64,000 bases of DNA from Phoronis australis. Lineage: Eukaryota > Animalia > Phoronida. Positions within the stretch are counted from its first letter, which is position 1; every line of letters starts with the position of its first letter. Positions 26,801 through 35,500 of this stretch are shown here, piece by piece. The position numbers and the translations under genes were made by a program. The stretch is taken from contig NMRA01000080.1 in assembly GCA_002633005.1 (NCBI GenBank), forward strand, positions 150,133 to 214,132, given 5' to 3'. Under the pieces are notes generated by a model. The model was not told the origin of the DNA. It did no database searches and saw only the letters and a program-made list of their open reading frames with translations.

Positions 26801-29166
26801 CAAGTGTCCTGATATTGGGTAGTTTATTTGGAAAATTTCCTCTAAAAAGCCCACTAAGTATCAGCTTTTAGTCACAACTTACAAACAAAGTGCTTGTAAA
26901 CTATGCATTTATTAACAAAAATTTAAGAACACATTTTTAAGTAAAAAATGTCATAGTCAGGAAACCTATGACTTTCCGTTTACACGCCCCCTTTTCCAAA
27001 TAAATGCCCAGGCGTTTATTTTTTTATTTTTTTTTTTTGTTGATAAAGGAAGTTGTTACCTCCGAAAATTTCAAATTTCAGTTGATCCATTCTTGTTGTT
27101 TTATTTACCGATTTATATTAAACATCTGAAATTTTTCACTTTCCCAATACACGCCCATGACCTTATCTATGGAAAATCCCGGTATTAACAATTTTCCAAC
27201 ATTTAATACCTTTGGTTCACAATTGTTCCGTTTATTTCCTGAAATCAGTGCCTTTGCAGTCAGCACACATGAAATACGTGCTTAATTACAACAGGAAGTA
27301 AACAAACGAAAGTCGGAATCAAGCAAGACCGAGGGAAACACCTGCCTACAGAGTACGTAATCGTCTGCCTTCTCTCCTCGTTGCCAGGAGGAATTGAGTT
27401 AAAGATTGGAATGGAACATATTTTTTACGGGGGGAGGGGGGAAATTGAAGAGGTATATGTAAGTTTGTGAGCACGGCATGACCTTTTTTAAAGTCGACGA
27501 TTTCGGCATCAGTTTTGACGACCTCAGATTTCTTTTAGCGACCCAGGTCCGGCATGCAAGTGGATGTAACACCAGAAAATCTACAAGTCAGTTAACAGCG
27601 AGAACGCTTAACTTTGGTATCATCAAAGTTATCAGCAGATGTCGCTGTCAACCACTTTGAAAAATACCACTGTGGGCCAATTAAGAAATGGAGTTTGAAA
27701 AGTGAGAGTTAATTCAAAACTACATTACGCAATGCTTTTTCACCATCAAGGACTTCAGGTAAATTGTACAACTGGTTATCAATGGTCTCAAGAAAGGCAA
27801 TGAGGAATTATACCAGATTCATCCTCCAGCTAGCATGCTACTAATGCAATTGGTTGGAAGGCGCCACTGATTCTCTCACTTCAGCTGCCAGCTACTTCAT
27901 TTGCTTCATTTCCAGCTCTTGCCAACGACGTATCGTTTGTAGGGGCCAGGGCTTTCACACCTAACCGTTGAGACCTACTAAGCACTGCATTTTCACAGCC
28001 AGGGTTGGATTTCCTGTCAAGCCATGTGATGTTTTCGGCGTGATCACCCCTTACGGATCTTCCCTGAAGATGGCTCATGACAGACAAAGTGCCGTATGTT
28101 TTCTCATTACACAAATATGAAGTCTGAAATCAAGGCTTCATCTAGCAAGCGTCCAACTGGACACTCAGTGTCGTATTTAACTTGTTGGACTTTCCTCACT
28201 GCCATGAGCCTGGGTCATCTTTTACATCAACTGACCCCTGACGCGAGATCAGGCTGCCGCCAGTTAGAGCATTTATGAAATCCATTAAGACTATTAAAAA
28301 CAAATGGAAAGTTGTGTTTGAAAACAAAACTTGTATCAAGGAAAATTTGTAGCTGAGATACTCTGGTATATACACCATATATAAAGAAGGGCGCAGTGTA
28401 TACGCCATTTCATATTTTCATAAGTGTGCCAAAAGTCTGGCAAGATTCACAATTTCGCCATTGCGTGACACGTGTGATTACTTGCTGCTCTGTCAAGGTT
28501 TGCAATCTCGTCCCTGCATGATGAACGTACGAGTCGATTGCTGTGTCTCAGTGTGTCTGCCTACTGCTTTACCTTCATTAGGTGTCAATGAATGACCCCG
28601 ATCAAAGGTAAAGTAGCAACCAATTACAGCGACCGCCACACATGTCACATAGTGGTGAGATTGCGAACCTCGCCAGACTTCCGGTGCATCTATGAAAATA
28701 TGAAATGACGAACATTCGCACTATTCCCAACATTATGTCATAATCGCATGATGTAGACGATTCACTGCCAGATCAAAATAAGCTCCCATGCTGGACAGAT
28801 AGAGATTGTCTAAGAGAACGAGTGAAAGTGAACACAACTTCAGAATACTTACTCAAAGGCAAAGAATAATATGCTGGTCCCAATTATAAGTACACATGTG
28901 AAATAAAATATTCCAGTTTGTTTGGCCATCATAATTCGGCCATCACACATGAAAGTATTTCTTCCAGGGTAAATTTCCCATCTCTTTTTTAATCTAGTCC
29001 TCTCCATTGCTGTTTTTGTCTTGATAAACACTTCCTCTTCAGATTCAGAGAACCGGTGAGGAGAACCTTCTCGTGAATTCGACGGTGAGTTTGTAGCAAC
29101 CGGTGTGTATTTTAGCTTAGCCAGGTGGATGTCCGGGTTTTGTTGTTGCCCGTAACCACCTTTCAT
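2843..29166 (-). CDS. ZDHHC14: DHHC palmitoyltransferase of the ZDHHC9/14/18 (Erf2-like) family, 8 exons, ~428 aa
   Basis: Exons (minus): 29166-28853, 19706-19537, 14926-14771, 10176-10039, 8797-8749, 5973-5871, 4102-3993, 3089-2843. They total 1287 nt and every junction is phase-compatible. The translation contains [88 protein letters not shown] and NPF. The extent of the last exon is less certain (possible internal donor CAG|GTTGGT after 2945). The 14 versus 9/18 label is inferred from similarity and TMEM242 linkage. Confidence 0.92.
5328..5440. repeat. Minisatellite, ~33-36 bp unit x3
   Basis: ccaatagcatacatt..actggtatgatcgttata starts at 5328, 5361 and 5397, with a partial copy at 5433. 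Confidence 0.9.
5974..8748 (-). other. U12-type (minor spliceosome) AT-AC intron in the ZDHHC gene
   Basis: The minus-strand 5' end is ATATCCTTTC (8748 downward), the branch site TCCTTAAC lies at 5990-5983, and the terminal AC is at 5975-5974. Splicing gives in-frame ...KNSPAS|[10 protein letters not shown]. Confidence 0.93.
6008..6258. repeat. Minisatellite, 63 bp unit x4
   Basis: atgcaaggaccaata... recurs at 6008, 6071, 6134 and 6197. This explains the repetitive ORF 5965..6246. Confidence 0.95.
9525..9629. repeat. Short tandem duplication (60 bp period)
   Basis: cacttagttc(g/a)ggttttatgccaaattaactcgcaaaacaca occurs twice. Confidence 0.9.
9701..9983. mobile_element. MITE (PIF/Harbinger-like), with related copies at ~1860-2115 and ~43820-43900
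   Basis: Imperfect terminal inverted repeats gaccgtttca...aaatttggt / accaaatttg...tgaaacaggtcc. The internal sequence aligns by eye with 1928-2113. Confidence 0.6.
12427..13010 (-). mobile_element. Possible Kolobok-like DNA transposon relic
   Basis: TTAA|AGG-type terminus at 12427-12433. The minus-strand peptide [12 protein letters not shown] (~12880-12915) resembles the PYxFEP motif of Kolobok-associated proteins. No matching second terminus was found. Confidence 0.3.
17515..17735. mobile_element. Tc1/mariner-like MITE, copy 1
   Basis: TA-flanked ends cggtacacgccaaaagtattc ... ttgtatcggactg. Homologous to 18263-18523. Confidence 0.6.
18263..18523. mobile_element. Tc1/mariner-like MITE, copy 2
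   Basis: ta-cagtacacaccaaaagtattc ... aacttttgtcttgtactg-ta inverted ends with TA flanks. Confidence 0.65.
19662..23107. repeat. ~1.72 kb near-identical tandem duplication (19662-21383 / 21385-23107) joined by a single N
   Basis: The copies align end to end with SNPs and a few indels. The second copy carries a truncated ZDHHC exon 2 (acceptor plus 45 nt, 21429-21385). Each copy has a (CAA)n tract. Confidence 0.93.
24058..24423. repeat. 19 bp satellite cggacattagggtttccct spanning an assembly gap
   Basis: The unit repeats on both sides of the N-run 24163-24336, and each intact unit contains TTAGGG. Confidence 0.92.
26700..27182. mobile_element. Tc1/pogo-like MITE
   Basis: TIRs ccgggtttttccatagataag / cttatctatggaaaatcccgg, flanked by TA on both sides. 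Confidence 0.75.
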
Positions 29167-29570
29167 TCGGACTGGAATAACCACCTCCACGCACTTCTTG
29201 CCAATTTAAAATCCACGCCGATATGACATACTGGCCTTATCCTACATTATGATCAGAAATTTCCACAATTTTTTAATCCGCAAAGAAACATTTTTACCAA
29301 CTTTGTCGCAAGTATTGTTATCGCCAAAACCACTCAACCAATGCGGAAGTAGCTTGATGCGCATGCCTGAAATATGAATTGCTTTTAAACTCTGTTTTGA
29401 TACTTTTTAATGAAAGATAAGTATTATTTGTACATTTTTTGCAAATAATATTTTTTATGGCTTCAAATTAAATGCAATAAACTATCTTAAGCTCATATTA
29501 CGTACTTTATTGTGTTGGTTGCGAGATAATGACCTACTTTTAAATAGGTCATTTACTAAAAACATGTGAG
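29167..29570. promoter_or_regulatory. Putative bidirectional promoter and 5' UTRs between ZDHHC and TMEM242
   Basis: 404 bp separate the divergent ATGs. Motifs: CCAAT 29338-29342, ETS-type CGGAAGT 29344-29350, NRF1-like TGCGCATGC 29358-29366. Confidence 0.6.
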
Positions 29571-32500
29571 ATGGAAAAGGGAGAAGAAAGCGATGCTAAC
29601 AGTGCAAAACGTAACAAGTTTCAGCAGCTTGTTGGTATGTTTCTGAAATATCTTTGGTGATTGTGAAATAGTTTGGCTAAAGCTTAGAGTTTACGGTTCC
29701 CGCGACTTTTACATTGCTGTATACTGTAGTAATAGCCGAGATTACCCGACCCGGGGATCGAACCCGCGACCCCCATAAAACCCGGCAAGCGTGCTAACCA
29801 TTCAGCTAATAGGCTCATCTACAACATTCCCCCCTTTCCTACGGAACGGGCACGCGACAGGAAGGTGAACACCAGGATGTCTCGCATACAGGTCATCAAC
29901 GTGCCTTGGTACCTTTCCCTTATGAAAAAGCTTCAGGAAATTCTAATCCCCAAAGCCAGTGAGAATCTCACTGGATTTCAGTTAGATTCCAGTGAGAATC
30001 TAACTAATTAAGATGCCATTTAAATTAGTGAGAAATAAATTCTCACTGTAGTTAGAATACAGTGATATTCCAGTTAGAATTCAGTGAGAATCTAACTAAT
30101 TTGCATAGCATTCCCACTCAGTGAGAATTTGTCTTACTGAAATTCTCACTCAGTATACTGGAATGCTATGCAAATTAGTGAGAATTTGTGTTATTGAAAT
30201 TCTCACTGAGTGAAAATCTCACGGGTGAGAATTTTGAACTTAGAAAATTTTGTGTGTGCCTTTTATACAGACACTGACTGAATAGATGAGAGATCAAAGC
30301 TTTTTTGGTAACCAAAACACTGCTTATTTTTGAGTTTGTATTGAAATTAGACTAAGGATACAATTTAATTGCAAATTGTGGAACATAAAAGACATAAACT
30401 AACAACAATAATGTCTTTGGTGAATCAGCAAAATATTGAAAACTTAGCTGTCAACACAGAATGAAGACATCAGTCTAATACTCGTGCTTCATGCACTCTA
30501 CTACGTAGATGTATGAAATGTACTAACCTTAAGCATGTTAACACATAAAATCAGTCCAGGGTCCCCTCTAGTTGACTTGGAGACAAACTGTTTAGTAATT
30601 TCACAATATTTGTGAGAAAAACATCAACAATCTTCAAGCTATTTCTCCAACTGCTCATTCCTGGCACCATTTTAGTTTGAAATTCAGAAATCTGGTTCAA
30701 CTGAAATTTTCCACAGTTACAGCCAATCAGGGTGTTTGTTTATCTTAAATTCTCACTGAATTCTCACTCCAATTTTGGCAAGTCTACATTCTCACTCAAT
30801 TCTCACTCAGATTTTTTCTAAGACCAAAATTCTCACTGGATTATCACTGTTACATAACATTTTCTCACTCATTCTCACTGACTGCCCCTGTTGTTCAATT
30901 CCCACTGTGTTCTCACTGGCATTTCTAACTATAATTGGTGATTTAGTGAAAATCTAACTGGAATCTAACTGGAATCCAGTGAGATTCTCACTTTCTTTTT
31001 CGTAAGGGTTACCACCACAACACAGGTGAACACAAGGTCGTCTCTCATACAGGTCCTTGACTCCTGGAACCTTCCAGGCGCGCTGTCCCGAGGTCCGTGG
31101 GTACTAGTTGGCAGTGCTTCATCGGTAGATCATCCGTTTGCCGACTACGCCATTTGTAGTAATAGCCGAGATTACCCGACCCGGGGATCGAACCCGCGAC
31201 CCCCATAAAACCCGGCAAGCGTGCTAACCATTCAGCTAATAGGCAATTGCCCGTTAGCGAGTAGCTAACAGAGGCTCATATAATTCACCGGAAGCACATC
31301 TACAACATNNNNNNNNNNNNNNNNNNNNNNNNNNNNNNNNNNNNNNNNNNNNNNNNNNNNNNNNNNNNNNNNNNNNNNNNNNNNNNNNNNNNNNNNNNNN
31401 NNNNNNNNNNNNNNNNNNNNNNNNNNNNNNNNNNNNNNNNNNNNNNNNNNNNNNNNNNNNNNNNNNNNNNNNNNNNNNNNNNNNNNNNNNNNNNNNNNNN
31501 NNNNNNNNNNNNNNNNNNNNNNNNNNNNNNNNNNNNNNNNNNNNNNNNNNNNNNNNNNNNNNNNNNNNNNNNNNNNNNNNNNNNNNNNNNNNNNNNNNNN
31601 NNNNNNNNNNNNNNNNNNNNNNNNNNNNNNNNNNNNNNNNNNNNNNNNNNNNNNNNNNNNNNNNNNNNNNNNNNNNNNNNNNNNNNNNNNNNNNNNNNNN
31701 NNNNNNNNNNNNNNNNNNNNNNNNNNNNNNNNNNNNNNNNNNNNNNNNNNNNNNNNNNNNNNNNNNNNNNNNNNNNNNNNNNNNNNNNNNNNNNNNNNNN
31801 NNNNNNNNNNNNNNNNNNNNNNNNNNNNNNNNNNTACGCCGGAAGCTTTTCGGCGAATTATGCCTCGCACCGACTAAACCATCAAAGTCACGTTGTTATA
31901 AATACCTTTTGCGCATAGAGGAACACCTGAGGAGGTTGTCGATGTGTTTAATTCCTTCCAACTCGAACAAATACTCCCGTTATGAAACTTTTTCTTCGAG
32001 CAGTCCCTATTTCAGTTCCCAAAATCGTGAACTCACCATTTTTATACTGCGCAAGCTCCAATTTTTACCGCGCTCGCTAGGTGATGTGACTTCATGACCT
32101 CAATCTTTAAATAGGCCAAAGATGAGCCATTGCGATCTTATCAGTCAAATGTTCGTTTCCAAAATGCCACCACTTATACTTGTCTTTAATTGGCGTTACT
32201 TGAAACTGATTGTATTTCAATGAATTATTGTTTGTATTTTATAAAAATAAATGCTGTTGATATGACATTTAATAGTCTTTGTGCACATATTTGACATTTT
32301 AATATTTAACAACACGGCAAATGCACGGCTGGTTCCCGGCAGCACGTACGCGAAGGGTGGGAACTTCAGCTTTCAAAGTTGGCCAGTAGGACCGCAACTT
32401 CTGACCTGCGGCCTGGTTAAAAAAATGAAAATGTTGATTTCACGATTTTGGGAACTGAAATAGGGACTGCTCGAAGAAAAAGTTTCATAACAAGAGTATT

Positions 32501-35500
32501 TGTTCGATTTGGAAGGAATTAAACACTTCGACAACCTCCTAAGGTGTTCCTCTATGCGCAAAAGGTATTTATAACAACGTGACTTTGATGGTTTAGTTGG
32601 TGCGAGGCATAATTCGCCGAAAAGCTTCCGGCGTACAGAGCGCCTATAGCCTCTGCATCGCCTCTGGTTCGGGCCAACAGAGGCGATGGTCATTGCCTAC
32701 AGAACAAAAGGCTATTGGCTTAAGAATGCTGTCCTGCTGCTGTAACATTACACACCACCCAGACCATAAGAACTGGCATCAACGCTTACCTATCGCCAGG
32801 ATTATGACAGACGACTTAATTAACCAATCAGAACGCAGCATTCTTGGCACACCTTCGTCTGCGTTTCCAAGGCGCCATTTTACCCGACAAACCACACGTA
32901 GTCAAGTAAAACTTATTAGTTTATAGCTCAAGAAATTGTCCGCTAAGAATGGGGAAACAGTGTTGATATGGCATGTGTAGCACCGACAGCCGTTATGCTG
33001 CTCCAGCATAATATCCTGTCATTTTTGGCATGTCCTAAGCCGAAAAATGATGTTGAAAAGCGTAAACTATGGATCAAACTCTACGGCCACACGAGCAGCT
33101 GCAGTTGCTTGATAACTCGAAGGCTATAATAAACACAAAATACATGTATATTAGTTCCAAGATACGCACTTTTCAGCTGGTGGCTATTCAGGGCTATCTC
33201 AGATTTTGACTCCCGAGTTTCCTACGTCTGGCCGCCTTTGTCTCGGTACCTGCTGGATCTCAGCACTCTGGAAATTGCTGTTTTCAAGGACATTTTTATT
33301 TTATTTTTTTTATTTATTTTAAACTAATGGACATTATTTTGTTTCGTATCAGAGGTACATTTTTGTTATTCATCGACCATAGGCTAGCGTTCAACTGAAC
33401 TTCTCTCCCGGTCAAAATTCAGAGATTCGATCGACACAGGGAAGGGCACTGGATTACTGCCGGAATTCAAACCTTGGTCGAGCTGTTGTCACTAAAAATA
33501 AACTGTTGAATTACTTTTTGACGTGTAACTCTAGTATACACTATGTCTGTAGAGTTAGAGAGAGCTCATTTTGAAGTTATTCAAACATGATATTTAGATT
33601 TATGAAGCTTGTAACTTTTTGTAACCATACCACGACTTAGTGATCATGCTACCTTCAAAATTAAATGAAAGCTACTTTTATGGAATGAAACTACAAAAAT
33701 GCCAAGTTCATAAGAAGGTAGGCCTAATTTAAATGTCTTAATGGTGCAAACGGCGGATAATTCCATAGGCGGATTTAGGAGGAGGAGGCTGCCGCTAGCA
33801 AAATGAAACAGCAAGATCGTGAAGTGTGAGGAAATATTGAGTTCAGTAACTAGGCCAGGTAGCGGAAGAGGGGGGGCTCAGACCTCAGATTGCGTCGGAA
33901 TCGTGTTCCTGTTTTTTTAGTCCACCAATAGATTTTCTGAACAAAAGGTCCAACGGTCTACATCCCTGGCTCCTGCAACTTTCATGCAATCGCACTTTGC
34001 CTAATTCCACGAGGCAACATATGTTGGGCCCCCTATGGTATCCTAGATCCGTCACTGCATTCCTGACATTAATTTGACTTAGACACAGCAATAGACATAC
34101 CGGAGCTAACTGTTTGCCTAGAACGAGAAGGAGTGTGAACCTGAAGTTTTTTATCAAAATATTTCGTTACAAGATTAGAAAAGCGTAAACAGTGCTATCG
34201 AGTCGACCTAGTCAGAGACTATAGTGCATGTGTTGTCTGTAATCTATGACCTACTTTACTCCAGGAGTCCCACCAGTTGTGACCTACTTTTCATTTGGCG
34301 AAATTTAGCAGACCGGACAGAATAAAAATATCGGTGAATCTTCACTGATTTTATTCGAAAGATGAAATCTATGGAATCGTGCAGATAATTCGACTTTAAG
34401 GTACATACCCACCTTTACATGAACATATCATATCAGTGGCCTTGTCATTTGTCAGGTGAAGGTAGCCCTGAGGCCGAGGGTTCTTCGGATTTTCGCTGGC
34501 TCCTCGAGTACTTATTTTTTCATCGTCACCTTTACAAATTCCCATATCATGAACGTACGATTCTCTGTTGAAAAGCATCGTCTCTTGTCTCTGTCGAAGT
34601 GTTTTCAAATAGTACAAAAACACTCCTCGATTCCACCAGGAAGGTCGTTTAGCGACAGTGTATTTGCCTCTGACATCTCATTCGATTGTCGGGTATCACG
34701 CGACTTTTAGCATAGGGGCGGAGCTTGCGATAGGTCAATAATTGGCTTTGTCACATCATAGTAAGACAAGACGGGAGTTGATGCAATAAGCTGTTTCGTC
34801 CTTTTAAATGCTTCTTCTTGGGGCGCATCCCAAGTCCATTGGCGGTTTGACTTCAATAGATCATTTAGTGGACCGGTGACAGAGTTCAGGTCAGGTAGAT
34901 ATGAACCAAGTTAGTGTACCATTCCCATGAACTGACAAACTTGAATGACTGACTTGGGCAGCTGCATTTGTAGGTTGGCTGTAACCTTGCCTGGGTTGGC
35001 CCGTATTCCATTCTTACTTAATAGGTGACCTAGGAACTTTAGCTCTTCTTTTCTGTAGAAGTATTTATCTTGATTAAGCTTCAGGCCAGCTCGGTGAAGG
35101 GTTTCAACGACCTTTGACAACCTAGCGTCGTGTTCGGCAGCATTCGCACCATACACCAAGATGTCGTCCATATACACAAACACGCCGTCCAGGACCTCTA
35201 GCACTTCTAGCATTTTCCTCATGAAGATTTCAGGGGCAGAGGTGATGCCGAATGGAAGACGACGGAAACAATAACGCCCAAATGGGGTTATAAAAGTCCT
35301 GGCTCTCTTCTGCTAGAGGGATCTGGTAGAAACCACTCGCTGCGTCAAGACATGAGAAAAGTGTTGCTCCCAGGAGTCTCAAAGTCACATCCTCTAGGGT
35401 TGGCAGGACGAATCTTTCTCATTGGATGTTCACATTTAACTTCCTTAGATCGACACAGAGTCTGACTTTGCCCGTTTTTTTCAACACAGGTACCATCGGG

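Noticed and set aside
27881-28114. 77 aa ORF as an alternative ZDHHC exon
   Set aside because: No recognisable homology or convincing splice sites; exons 1 and 2 already join in frame (FAFD|CRFL).
29745-29815. tRNA gene
   Set aside because: A and B boxes are present, but there is no proper acceptor or anticodon stem. It is duplicated inside TG..CA LTRs, so it is treated as tRNA-derived TE sequence.
31909-32693. Paralogous small proteins (RIEEHLRRLS..)
   Set aside because: These are translations of the two arms of a MITE inverted repeat.
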